64,000 bases of DNA from Eledone cirrhosa. Its lineage: Eukaryota. Made by a program: the position numbers and the translations under genes. This document shows, in pieces, positions 26,001 through 38,720 of the stretch (position 1 is its first letter; each line of letters starts with the position of its first letter). Below the pieces are notes generated by a model. That model did no database searches, was not told the DNA's origin, and worked only from the letters and a program-made list of their open reading frames with translations. Location of the stretch: positions 238,576,001 to 238,640,000 of the forward strand of contig OZ024740.1 of the NCBI GenBank assembly GCA_964016885.1, in the 5' to 3' direction.

Positions 26001-27930
26001 TTGATACAGACATAGAACACTGCCACCCCAGACACTGTACACTTTTGATACAGACATAGAACACTGCCACCCCAGACAGTACACTTTTGATAGACATAGA
26101 ACACTGCCACCCCAGACACCGTACACTTTTGATAGACATAGAACACTGCCACCCCAGACAGTACACTTTTGATAGACATAGAACACTGCCACCCCAGACA
26201 CTGTACACTTTTGATAGACATAGAACACTGCCACCCCAGACACAGTACACTTTTGAGACAGACATAGAACAGTGCCACCCCAGACACTGTACACTTTTGA
26301 TAGACATAGAACACTGCCACCCCAGACACAGTACACTTTTGATACAGACATAGAACACTGCCACTCCAGAGACAGTACACTTTTGATAGACATAGAACAC
26401 TGCCACGCCAGACACAGTGCACTTTTGATACAGACATAGAACACTGCCACCCCAGACACAGTACACTTTTGAGACAGACATAGAACACTGTCACCCCAGA
26501 CACAGTACACTTTTGATACAGACATAGAACACTGCTACCCCAGACACAGTACACTTTTGATACAGATATAGAACACTGTCACCCCAGACACAGAACACTT
26601 TTGATACAGACATAGAACACTGCTACCCCAGACACAGTACACTTTTGATACAGACATAGAACACTGCCACCCCAGACAGTGCACTTTTGATACATACATA
26701 GAACACTGCCACCCCAGACACAGTACACTTTTGAGACAGACATAGAACACTGCCACCCCAGACACAGTACACTTTTGATACAGACATAGAACACTGTTAC
26801 CCCAGACACAGTACACTTTTGACACAGACATATAACACTGTCACCCCAGACAGTGCACTTTTGATACAGACATAGAACACTGTCACCCCAGACACAGTAC
26901 ACTTTTGACACAGACATATAACACTGTCACCCCAGACAGTGCACTTTTGATACAGACATAGAACACTGCCATCACATACACAGTACACTTCTGATACAGA
27001 CAGAACACTTCCACCCCAGACACAGTACACTTTTGATACACTGTCACCCCAGACAGTACCCTTTTGATACAGACATAGAACACTGACATCACATACACAG
27101 TACACTTCTGATACAGACATAGAACACTTTCACCCCAGACACAGTACACTTTTGATACACTGTCACCCCAGACACAGTACCCTTTTGATACAGACATAGA
27201 ACACTGACATCACATACACAGTACACTTCTGATACAGACATAGAACACTTCCACCCCAGACACAGTACACTTTTGATACACTGTCACCCCAGACACAGTA
27301 CCCTTTTGATACAGACATAGAACACTGACATCACATACACAGTACACTTCTGATACAGACATAGAACACTTTCACCCCAGACACAGTACACTTTTGATAC
27401 ACTGTCACCCCAGACACAGTACCCTTTTGATACAGACATAGAACACTGACATCACATACACAGTACACTTCTGATACAGACATAGAACACTTTCACCCCA
27501 GACACAGTACACTTTTGATACACTGTCACCCCAGACACAGTACCCTTTTGATACAGACATAGAACACTGACATCACATACACAGTACACTTCTGATACAG
27601 ACATAGAACACTTTCACCCCAGACACAGTACACTTTTGATACACTGTCACCCCAGACACAGTACCCTTTTGATACAGACATAGAACACTGACATCACATA
27701 CACAGTACACTTCTGATACAGACATAGAACACTTTCACCCCAGACACAGTACACTTTTGATACACTGTCACCCCAGACACAGTACCCTTTTGATACAGAC
27801 ATAGAACACCGACATCACATACACAGTACACTTCTGATACAGACATAGAACACTTTCACCCCAGACACAGTACACTTTGATACACTGTCACCCCACAGTA
27901 CCCTTTTGATACAGACATAGAACACTGTCG
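17003..27930. repeat. Satellite array of 40/42/44-bp units gata(ca)gacatagaacactgccaccccagac(ac)agtacactttt, ~10.9 kb
   Basis: Direct tandem repeat; responsible for all Cys-rich ORFs between 16956 and 27197. Confidence 0.98.
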
Positions 27931-28390
27931 ACACAAATGCACCACACTACTGTTACTAACACTACACTATCAGCACTGACACAGCATATTGTACCCAGAC
28001 AGTGCACTGTCATTGTCAGTACTGACACATACTTTTGTTGTTGACACAGTTGAGTGTCAATGACATAATATAATCAACCATCACACTACTCTATCATCCC
28101 TCATACAATACTTACAATAGTTATCCCTGGCACTATAATAGCATGACTAGATATCATAGTAATAAATACCTTCATACCAAACATTTAAAAATATTATTTA
28201 TAAATCCCATTTAGAAATTTTAATTTACTATTAAAGATTTCTTCTTTTCTCACTTCACTTATTTGATTTTTGTTTTCAAAAATTTATATGAAAGCAAAAA
28301 AAAAAAAAAAAAAAAAAAATGGAAACATATTACTAAAACTGCGCCGTCTTTTCTACATCAAATCAATATAGTAATTATTTGCTTGATTCA

Positions 28391-29536
28391 TCTCTCTATA
28401 TATAAAATTCTTTCTATGTCTATCTGTCCTTTCCTTATGCATTTCGAAACAGCTCAACCAAATCAAATCAAATTTTACAAGGTAATAGTATTTAGACCCT
28501 GGAAATGACAACATATAATTTTTATTTTCACTTGGATTAAAACAATATAACACTTTATCTAAAATAATCTACTATAGACTATAAGTAAATGGATATTTTA
28601 TAACACGACGACAACGTCGCATTTTGTATTTGTGTGTATGTGACTATGTGCACGCGTTCGTTACGTACGTTACGCCTTAGTAAGTTACATACACACACAT
28701 CTTCATGTAAATACCTAATCAGATACACAGAGAATTAAACACACGATTTAGACGCTGGTTTAAACACACACACACATTTATATACAATTATCTATATCCG
28801 TTTCTACATATAATATAAAGTACTGGAACTTCCATCATCCTTTTGAGAAATGTGGACCTGCTACCTCTATGCAATGGCACATACTTTACAGCCAGGAGGA
28901 TGATGAACCATCTCCTAGAGGTCACTATTCTTGGAGGCAATCATCAAGGAGAAAATGCATTTATTCCCAAGTCCACACTGTAAATGTGGTTGGTGTTAGG
29001 AAGGGCATCCAGCCGTAGAAAACCTGCCAGATAATCCTATATGAGCGAGACACGGTCACCCGACCAATCTTGCCTCAAGTGCGACAACTCCCGTCTAACC
29101 CATGCTAGCGTGGAAGATGGACGTTAAACGATGATGATGATGATTCCTCTTATCCCTTCCTTTACTGAGCGGCCATTCAAATTCTAAAGACTCCAGTTCC
29201 CTGTTAGAGCAAGTTTTGCTATGACCATACATAATGCTCAAGCTCAGAGTTTTAAAGTTGTAGAATTGAATACAAGAGAATCATGTTTTCCTCATGGACA
29301 GTTATATGTAGGTTGTTCACAAGTGGAAATGCCTAGAAATCTTCATATACTATGCACAAACGGTAAAACAAAGAATCTGGTGTATCTGGAAGATTTTTTT
29401 ACTGTTTATTTTTTTGTAACACACACCACAGTCTTGCTTCATACTGTAAACCAGACAAACATCCAATACAGTCATTTTCTCTTCTACTTGTCTTCTCTTA
29501 TTTGTTTATCCGGGTGAAGCTGGGTACCCCAGCTAC
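28391..29536 (+). mobile_element. Internally deleted Helitron with Pif1-helicase C-terminal remnant
   Basis: 5' a|TCTCTCTATATATAAAA; IILLRNVDLLPLCNGT...AFIPK/IPLIP...RLQFPVRASFAMTIHNAQAQS...CFPHGQLYVGCSQV; 3' GC-rich hairpin then CTAC|t. Confidence 0.85.
28972..29142 (+). mobile_element. RTE 3'-tail fragment inserted into the Helitron helicase frame
   Basis: Matches 9060-9222; splits ...FIPK|IPLIP... Confidence 0.85.
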
Positions 29537-29595
29537 TTTTTTATAATGAAAATAGTTCTTGATATCTCTTGCTACGATTGTTTCTTGTGGGAGTT

Positions 29596-29820
29596 GGGTG
29601 GTGGATTGGTAGAATCGGTAGAGCACTGGACAAAATGCTTTGCAGTATTTAGTTACAACTTTCTATGTTCTGAGTTCAAATCCCACCGAGGTAATTTTGC
29701 CTTTCATCCTTTCGGGATCGACAAAATAATGTACCAGTTAAGTACATGGGTTGATATAATCAACTTTTCTTTTCCCCCAAATTGCAGATTTTGTGCCAAT
29801 GCTAGAAAGAATTATTTCTT
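29596..29820 (+). mobile_element. SINE family A-like copy
   Basis: ggtggattggtagaatcggtagag...gagttcaaatcc...ttgcctttcatcc. Confidence 0.7.
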
Positions 29821-30593
29821 GTTAGAGTGAAACACTGGCACAATTGATAATATATCAGTCATCAAGAATGTACAATAATTAGGGAGAGATTCATAAGTGG
29901 TTATTATTCAAAATGCAATGCTTTTATTAATACCAGCATGATTATCATCATTCTCTTCTTTTCCCCAAAGAGATAGTCTACAATATCAGAGAGTTTTTAC
30001 TCAACACTGCCTAATTTGTTTTCACAATTGTATTCTATTCATAGCAAGTTTATCAGCTTTATTAAATGTTATATAGCATCTGGCTAGGTCATCATTAACT
30101 TGTGAAATGTATGTATTTTGTAAATCTCCTGCAATACGATAAGGCTCTGTAACTTGCATTTTGTAATTCAAAAGTCTTGCCAGTAGTATATTGGCCTGCA
30201 TGAAATCATAATAGATTCCTTTACTCTTAACATACTGTAATGATTTAGCAGAAAATATCTAAAAGCAAGTTTGTTATAGTATCTTTTCTAATGGAGATTG
30301 TGAAAATTTGCAATATTAGTGTAAAGACTTTCACTTTTAATGTGATGCAGATGTAGTGATGTTTTGGACTTTTCAAGAATGTTTTGCTAATGTAGTTTTA
30401 TCTCTTTTAATCATAAAAGATTCTGAAATCTTTTAATCCAATGTCTAAGTTTTTCAAAGTTTAATCTTTCATATAGCAATTATATTTCCTTATTCAAATG
30501 TATAAGTTTATCAAATTTTACTGCATGTCTATATAAATATCTTCAATACTATTTAGAAATAAGAAAATAATTTTCAAATTTTATTTAACTTAC

Positions 30594-30799
30594 CTGTGCC
30601 AACATATTACAACATTGTTGCAGCAAAGATACTGGTGGGTTACCAAGACTTGTAGCTAACTGTACTCTTAGTAATTGTTCCCTTTGTGTATTATTCTCTA
30701 AAATGGCATGCAGGAGAGCAACAGATGCAAACCAGTTTGATAAGGAATCACCACTGAACAAGCCGCCACAAAGAAGCTGTCCAGCTGTGATGGTATTCA
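30594..30799 (-). CDS. USO1: USO1 exon E11: VNTITAGQLLCGGLFSGDSLSNWFASVAL...PVSLLQQCCNMLAQ
   Basis: tttcag| and |gtaagt, 206 nt; ORF 30585..30800. Confidence 0.96.
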
Positions 30800-31973
30800 C
30801 TGAAACAAACAGAAATGAAGGTAATTAAGAATCAGGCCAATTGTAATGAATACAATTGTCAATAGTATTACAGTTAATACATCAGTTAGGTAAAAGGCTT
30901 CTAAAAAGATTGGCACTAGAAAAGGCATCTGGTTGTAGAATATTGCCTCAAAAAGGACTCCATGTTCATTATGAAGTCTATCATAGGCCAACAATGCTCA
31001 CCCCTGCTTTATCAGGGAAAATAGATTTAAAATGCTTGTTGGTAGAGGTATTAGTTTTGGTGTCTGTGGTAGTTACACAACTACAAAGAAACCAGGGCCC
31101 AAACAACCAGAAGAAATAGTTTACAAGATATTAAGCTAATATTAAATATGCTTCCTCTTCACTCTCAAAAATACCAATAAATTATTTTCTCCAATATAGT
31201 TATCTATTTGTAGGTTAATGATAAAAAGTAAATTATACTGTAATTTATAGAAATACAAGAGTAAACATGCAAATTACTTTTATCAGTGACAAACTAAAGT
31301 GGTATGTAGTAGAATTGTATTTGCAGTAAAACAGTGTTATATTTACAACACATACATTCCACTTTAACAGAGGTAATTTCTAAAAATAATATATCTCAAG
31401 CTATAGACATATTTTCTTACTAAAATGGAACATATATTCTAATTCAGTCAGAAGTTGCTTAATATAACAACATAAAGCAAGCATATATATCTTTTAGAAG
31501 ACATATAGAATAGATATATAACAGATATTGCTTCTTATAACATGACAATGAAAGTAGCTATGGAGATTTACAGGCATACACTATATAGCTTATTTATAAA
31601 AGTATTTAATTACAAATAACATGATCAAAGTAAAAGGTGAACAAAATATAGATAAGAATCTGAAGTGTAGTGGTGCAAGTGGTATACAATGTCTGAATTG
31701 TGGGGTTGAGGTATTAGTGTGGGATGATAAAACAATACTCTACAGATTTAGTGAAGGGAAAAATCAGAAAAACAAATAAAAGGCTGTGAGAAATGAAGTC
31801 TGTTTTCACAAAACAAAGAAATAAAATGGATAAAATAGGAAATAAAATACTAAAACAAGTGGTCAGTAAATGTGGCTGAGAGATGCGGATGTTGGTGCCA
31901 AAAATTCATCGGGTGGAAACATGGAGACAAAATTCAACATATGAATGTAAAATACCGTGATTGCTTCTCTCAC

Positions 31974-32128
31974 CATCAGCAGTTGTGGGTAGAAGTGTTT
32001 GCACAATCTGAGATTGGCCAACTTCATTCTTGAATAAGAAAGACTGGAAGCAGTAGAGAACAGCACATCGTAAGACAAAAGGTTGTTTCTCATTCACCAT
32101 AGACATCAACAGAACCACAATGGCTGGT
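31974..32128 (-). CDS. USO1: USO1 exon E10: PAIVVLLMSMVNEKQPFVLRCAVLYCFQSFLFKNEVGQSQIVQTLLPTTAD
   Basis: ttatag| and |gtgaga, 155 nt; ORF 31906..32118. Confidence 0.96.
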
Positions 32129-32532
32129 CTATAATAGACAAAAACATATTTTATACATTAATACTAGTTTATAATTTAGAAATTCCAAAATAAATATTTA
32201 CAAATCATAACAGAATTTAACATAGAATAAAATAGAATCAGTAAAAGAGTAAAAGTTATCAATATGAAAGTCTAAACAAGGTTCGTGGACTGGCAGAGTT
32301 GGTAAAATGTTGAATAAAATGCCATTGAAATATTTGTTCTGGCTCTTTACATTTGGAGTTCAAATCTTGCTGAGGTCAACTTTATCTTTCATCCTTCTGG
32401 GATTGCTAAAATTAAATACCAGTCAAATTTGCACTTTCCTCAAATAAAAAAAATTATATAGATCAATGGTGACTGAAAATGTAGTGGTTACAAATAAAAT
32501 AAAATGTTAAATGAAAGTATATATTTAGTTAC

Positions 32533-32621
32533 CTAGGTGGTTTTGATGGTGCCATCACAGATGCAAAAAACTCTTGGTTGGCTAAGTTTCCTCGAATTAT
32601 TTCAGACACAGTATTAATGGT
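32533..32621 (-). CDS. USO1: USO1 exon E9: TINTVSEIIRGNLANQEFFASVMAPSKPP(R)
   Basis: ttccag| and |gtaact, 89 nt. Confidence 0.95.
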
Positions 32622-33662
32622 CTGGAAAAAAAAAAGTTAAATTTGAACTGTATGTTAGCTTAATCTAAGCTGCTTCAACACAGATTTATTGACTATGAAA
32701 AATAGTCGAACAAGTTGAGCATACAAGGCCTAGAGACATGATACTTATCATCCTTCTTACCTTACTTCTTATCAGTAGAGTCAATGACAGACAACCTCTC
32801 TAGTACACTTTGTAAGGTGGTTAGTGATAGGAAGGGCACCCAGCTGCTGAAACCATACTAAAAAAGGTTCCAGAGGACTCATCAGTTATGATAAAGATGT
32901 GCTGGCACCATGATGAAATGCACTTAATGCTCGTTCTAGAGTGTAGAAACTTATGTAAGCGAAATGGCACCATCTCCTCTGCTCCTCTGAGAGGTCAGTG
33001 GCACCAATTAAGTACCAACTTGGCTTGTGATGACCACTTCAACCCTTGCTAACAGGGAAAAATGGACACTAAATTCACAGTAATTTGGATAAAAAAATTT
33101 AAAACATGGTGAGAATCTTCAGTTTGTCTGGAAATATTGATTCACTTGGAATCATTTCATGCAAGCAATCGAAAAGATGGTTCAAGTTGAACGTCATAAA
33201 AGTGTGCAAAACAATAAAACACATATAGAACCTAAAAATAAAATGTATATATTTTCTTAGAAAACATTCTTTTATTTCAAACCCAGTACTAATATACATA
33301 ATATTTCTAAATTAATTATTTTTCTTTTTTTTTCAGCCAAAAGCTAAAAAAACATATTTCAGATAAAGTCACGGTGTATATGACTTTCTCTTTCAAAACA
33401 TGTGACCCTATGCAACATATCAGCCACATACATTCAGTTTGATATATTAGACATTCACTACATAACATTGACCTCCTTGGATGATAAGTATCATGTCTCT
33501 AGTTCTTGTCATTGTTGGCGGCTTGCCTTATAGATGTATGAGGTAATAGCCTAGATATTACGCATGGCAATGCTGTGAATGTGTTCGTTTGCCTCAAATA
33601 TTATTAGAAGGAAATTCCAGCATGTGATTGAGTTTGTGGCTCTTTTCTCCCTTCTTTTTTTA

Positions 33663-33667
<5 letters not shown>

Positions 33668-33733
<66 letters not shown>
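33668..33733. repeat. (TG)n microsatellite
   Basis: About 33 perfect TG units. Confidence 0.97.
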
Positions 33734-33734
<1 letters not shown>

Positions 33735-34107
33735 TAAGAAATTTATTAGATATAAAAGTTACATAATTTTATATAAGAATCATATATTAAATTACCATCT
33801 TAATGAAATAATAATTTTAGTAAATCCTTCAAAATGTTTCATTGATTAATTGAAATAGAGTGTATTTCTTTAGTAATACAGTCATGAAAAGGTTAATGTA
33901 GTCTACGATTGTAGCAGAACAACAGAAAAACAAAGTGGATGCTAATGTGATGCTATAAACAGCTACAAATAACTGGCAGTTCAGTATCCTAAATTGTCAC
34001 AGATTCAAATAGGTATTTCATTAACCACAGCAAAAAAATTCTATTAGTGAAATCATTCACAACAATTCCAAATAAGGTAAGGGTCTTAAGAAAATTTAAA
34101 ATCATAC

Positions 34108-34172
34108 CGCTGTAAGAACATCTGCTGGAACACCACTAGCCATGAGTATAGTACATAATTGCTTCAACAAAT
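34108..34172 (-). CDS. USO1: USO1 exon E8: NLLKQLCTILMASGVPADVLTA
   Basis: tttcag| and |gtatga, 65 nt. Confidence 0.94.
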
Positions 34173-35002
34173 CTGAAATTACAGTATCGAGCGTGTAGAA
34201 TAAGTTAAACAATATCTTCAAGGAGAAAATCTACATGAACTTCTTAGACTTTTGGCTACATGAACTTCTTAGACTTTTGGCTACGTCAGAGTTCAGATTT
34301 GTTTATTATTTCTAAGATGGCCGACAAGTAACTAGATGTGATTTTTTTTTCTTTGGTGTGCCTTCCTTTTCTTCTTTCTATATCTCATGAATCACTTAGT
34401 GTCCGAAACATTAAGACTATTTTCTAACTTCTTATAAGCATTATACTGAGATGCCATTATTGTAAGGCTTTGTTCTCCTGACACAAACCCTTGTAATCAC
34501 TGCTTATGAATACAGTGTATTTATTCAACACACAGTAGGCCAGTATATACACAATAGACTGGGGGACACACAGTAGCCCAGGATATACAAACGGTAAAAT
34601 AAGTTCCTGACTTTAAAAAGTACTTGGGTCAATATGATCAACTAAATCAAGGCAGTACCCCAGCAAAGGAAAAGCAAAAAACCAATACAGCTTGGTACCA
34701 ATGATGTAACTGAATAAAGAGCTAAAAGAGATACTGTAAGGTATCAAGGTTAATATTAAAAATGCCCTGGACTGATACATTATTTATAGTCCCTGAAACG
34801 ACAAAAGACAAAGATGACCTGGACGTGATTTGAACTTGGTGCATGAAGTTGAAACAAACACTACAAGGTATTTAATCCAACATTCTAACAAGATATACTG
34901 TCTGTTCTGCTGATAATTACATTGTTCTCAGTGAAATAAAGTTAATATAGAGTAAAATATTACAAACTAGCCATCAATAATGATGGCAATAGCATTGAAC
35001 AC

Positions 35003-35376
35003 ATTTAATTTTTGGAGTCCAGGATTACTGGATATATGAACAATTATACAAACTGGGAAATTGTGTGTGTTGATAAATTAATAGTTTGCATAAGAGAAAC
35101 ACTATGGTTTATGTTGTTTATAGACATGTGGAAATGATATTTTAATAGTTTATTTCTAAGATATAATTACAACAATGTTCAGTATATATGTACATATATG
35201 ATTAAATGTATGAGTAACTTTGGAGAAATAACTATTTACAAGGGTAAATGTAGAGTCAGAACCCAGGAAATTGTGACTGAAAAGCAAACTTCTTATTGTA
35301 GTAGCATGACTAAGATAGGAAAAATATTGTGTGTATGTGTGTGTATGTTTATGTGCACACATTTTAAAGAGTTAAA
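35003..35376 (+). mobile_element. Dispersed repeat (probable MITE); its homologue at 2461-2581 plus 4152-4420 is split by the RTE LINE
   Basis: Shared atttaatttttggagtccag...cataagagaaac...tatgagtaacttt.gagaaataactatttaca...taaagagtta. Confidence 0.7.
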
Positions 35377-35387
35377 TCCAAGTATTA

Positions 35388-35577
35388 GGGCGGTGGATTG
35401 GCAGTATCGATAGAGAGTCGGACGCCATGCTTTCCAGCATAGTTACGTCCCTTTACGGTCTGAGTTCAAATCCCGTCGAGGTTAACTTTGCCTTTCATCC
35501 TTACGGGGTCGATAAAATAAAGTACCAGTAATGTACTGGGTAATTGCTGGCCTTGTGCCTAAAGTAGAAACAATTAT
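35388..35577 (+). mobile_element. SINE family A, full length
   Basis: gggcggtggattggcagtatcg...gagttcaaatcccg...agtagaaacaattat. Confidence 0.85.
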
Positions 35578-35657
35578 ATAAATAAATATACAAACACATA
35601 TTATATATTATTATTGCTGACACAGCATCAGTGACATATAATAAGGTGTTGACTTAC

Positions 35658-35733
35658 TGCAAGAATTCATGACTTTCTGACAAGCTGCTGTTTGGTTGAG
35701 TGGATTGTTAGGAGAGACGAGGGTTCGGACTAG
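35658..35733 (-). CDS. USO1: USO1 exon E7: LVRTLVSPNNPLNQTAACQKVMNSC
   Basis: ctatag| and |gtaagt, 76 nt. Confidence 0.94.
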
Positions 35734-36943
35734 CTATAGAACAGGAAAGAATGGAAATATTAGCATGCACAAGTACAATTATTATAGACACACCGGTGAT
35801 TTGATAAAACAGATTCAATACAACTGAGAGAGAGAGACAGGCAGTTTGATCAAAGCAAAGTGCTGTTTGAACAGAAGAAATATAAATTAGATAAGATGGT
35901 TGTTCTCAACTTGTTGGTTTTCAACCCCAAATTTTCATCATTTATGGATGCTACATTGGGATTATTGAAGAAGAAAACTCTTCATCTAATCTTCTTAACA
36001 GAATCATCCCATCAGTTTGAAATGACTTGCCGCTCCCCTCTATGGAGTAAAGCTTCTGAGGTCATGACATGGTTCCAAAAGCTACCCAAGTATGTATATA
36101 TATATATGGGAGAGCTTCCAGTGGTGTCAAGGATATGACAACCTCCCTAGTGTAAGTTATCTACACATTAAATGCATGCAATACATACTGTAAAGTGGTT
36201 GATGATATGAAAGGATCCAGCTGTAGTAAGCTTGCCAAACAAAGGGCTGGGAAGAACCCCCCAGTTGTGTCAAAGACACAACTGGCTGGTGCCATGAAAA
36301 AATGCACTTGGCAGAATGTGGAACTGTATGTACGTGAGATGTGAACTCCTGGCCTCTCTGGAATGTCTGTAGCCCTGCTTTAGTACAGACTTCGTCTGTG
36401 AAGACCTCTCCAACTCTTGTCAACAGAGAAAGTGGACATTAAATGATGATATATACACGTGTGTGCATATATATTAAATATATATTAAATATATATACAT
36501 ATATATTTATTAAAATAACAGATTAAAGTTTAAGCAAAGAATCGCTGCTTTCACTCTTAATATATATATTATATATATATATATATATATATTATATATT
36601 ATATAAACACACACATATATATGTACATATATGCTGCCATGTCTTTAGAATTAACTATTTCTAGCAGGTCAAGTGATAATATAAAGGCTCCTAATTAGCT
36701 TGTGTGTGTGTGTGTGTTTTGTTCTTAGTGTATTATAAAATATTTCACTATATCACACATTAGTAAAGCGTACGCATTAATGGAAAACACCAAAGAAGAT
36801 ATAAGCAGAAGAAATGTTATACTCCAATGATTATTGAGTTACTACTGTACAGCAGCCATGTACAACCTATAGCAGCATGGAAAAATAGATGAAACAATGT
36901 TAGTAATGACATGTGAAAAGAAAAACGAATATTAACAAACTCA

Positions 36944-37140
36944 GCCGAATTTGACTGACAGCTTCCCTTTCGTGCCAGTTGCTGTCGAGGCCTCTGGAGT
37001 TCTTGATCCCCAAACTGTTGTTTTCCTCTGCAAGATCGCGAGGAGTACATCCCACTCAAGGAAGGAGCCCCATGTGGTTGAATGACTGTTGCTACAGCAG
37101 ATTCTCTGCATCAATGTCTTTGCCATTTTGTCTGCAGGGT
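36944..37140 (+). mobile_element. CRE-like non-LTR retrotransposon remnant (restriction-like endonuclease C-terminus)
   Basis: NLTDSFPFVPVAVEASGVLDPQTVVFLCKIAR...E*LLLQQ...NVFAIL resembles the FxPxAVExxGxxGxxxxxFL motif; recognised by eye only. Confidence 0.55.
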
Positions 37141-37364
37141 GCAGCTGAGATACACTACCTAGGCAGGGGTGTAGAGTCTACTGTAGCTCCCTTTCCACCT
37201 TCTTTTACTTTCACTATTTAATGCTATTACTTTCTTTGTTTTTTGGGGGGTTTCTTTTTTTAATATGCAAATATTGATGAATTGTAAATTTATTTTATTT
37301 TTAAATAAAAGTTTTCATTACATTTACAACAAGCATGTGTGTTTATTATTACTGAATTGAAAGA

Positions 37365-37585
37365 GCAGTGAATTGACAATATCGATAGAGCATCGAACAA
37401 CCTACTTTGCAGCATATAATTACAGCCCTTTATGTTCTCAGTTCAAATCTAGACGAGGTTAGCTTTGCTTTTCAACCTTACAGGGTTGATAAAATAAAGC
37501 ACAAGTAATGCCCCAGGGTCGATTTAATCAACTTTTCCCTCCCCTAAAATTACTGGCCTTGTGCCAAATGTACAAATAATTATTA
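37365..37585 (+). mobile_element. SINE family A-like copy (diverged)
   Basis: cagttcaaatc...tttgcttttcaaccttacagggttgataaaataaag...tggccttgtgcc. Confidence 0.65.
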
Positions 37586-37689
37586 GCGAATTTAAGTAAA
37601 TAAGCTCAGTCAACAATAACACAAAACACTAATTCTCAACCAACACTATATTGTTAGCAGTGTGACTATTAGCTAAATGCCTGTTCAAC

Positions 37690-37905
37690 TTAACTCTTTA
37701 ATATTTAAATCGGCTGTATCCAGCCAGAATTCTCTCACTCCTTTCTGTTCAAACCGGTCGTAACTGGCCACTCATACCTACATTAAGGTATTGTTCTTGA
37801 GATAAATAACATCAAAATCTTGTAGATTCAATATTATGTGAGATAAAGCCTTTACTGTAAAAACACAATAGTACATATAGAATAATGTAAATGCTAAAGG
37901 ATTAA
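37690..37905 (+). mobile_element. piggyBac-type MITE (TTAA flanks)
   Basis: ttaa-ctctttaatattta ... taaatgctaaagga-ttaa; second copy at 62250-62478. Confidence 0.75.
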
Positions 37906-38485
37906 ATAATGCTTTAATCCTAGGTCCAACAATAGCCTTCATATTGAAAATATTGGTTGTAGAAACTGTAAGAAATGAAATTAGATTTAAATATAATGTC
38001 ATTATTAGTATATTAAACATTTGATGCAATACATTTCTTGAAATAAGAGAGTGGAAATAAAGTTTAACTACTTTGTGACTGACATAATAAAAATCCAAGT
38101 AATCAAATTACTGAATGCTTCTTATTTGAACAATAAAAACCATGCCAGATTATATATGTCTACACACGCACGCGCATGTGTGTGTTTGTTACTCCATGGA
38201 CAGTGCTTTGGTTTGTGTGAGGCACTAAGACCCCAGGTGGACCAGCAGTAATGTCAGTAGAGTTTGAAACTCCCAAAAGTGTTCTGTCTTCTTCCCCAAT
38301 AATTTCAATGGTCTACATTTTTTAACATATATTACTTTCTTTTTCTTGCCTTTTTTCCTTCCTTTTCCTTTTTCGTTCTTTCCTTTTGTTTGTCTCATGA
38401 GACTTTCGTTGCTATAAAAAGCACAATACCTTCTAGTCGTCACATAAAATCATATGTGAACTTTTTATAGCTTAATTGCTGTAAG

Positions 38486-38720
38486 TTATTGTTGTGTCTT
38501 GTCCATGTGTGTCAGGTTTTCCTCCACTGATATCAACCAGATCTCAACAGGCTTGCCTTGTTTCCTCCACCTTCCTTCTGGCTTCCAACTGAGGAAATCC
38601 CTCACTGGTCTCTTTGTGGACATGCATAGCACATGGCCAAGCATCTGCCATTGTACAGTGATGGTATTCTGCAGATTATTCAACCGGGTCCTACACTCAC
38701 AAACATTAATACTACTTGGG
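38486..38720 (-). mobile_element. Old RTE-like LINE C-terminal fragment
   Basis: QWQMLGHVLCMSTKRPVRDFLSWKPEGRWRKQGKP resembles RWxWxGHVLR...WxPxGxRxRGRP. Confidence 0.6.

Noticed and set aside
16956-27197. Dozens of long Cys/Val-rich ORFs (up to 456 aa) that could be read as a novel repeat protein
   Set aside because: They appear in all three minus frames as translations of a stop-poor satellite, shift frame with each 2-nt unit variant, and lie inside a USO1 intron
4807-27930. Tandem arrays as CRISPR-like loci
   Set aside because: Repeats are head-to-tail with no unique spacers, there are no cas genes, and the context is a eukaryotic intron
29221-29517. ORF resembling a PIF1 helicase gene
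   Set aside because: Fragment with an upstream stop and degraded motifs inside Helitron termini; not a host gene
34231-34284. 25-bp direct duplication upstream of the E8 acceptor
   Set aside because: Simple two-copy slippage with no evidence of function
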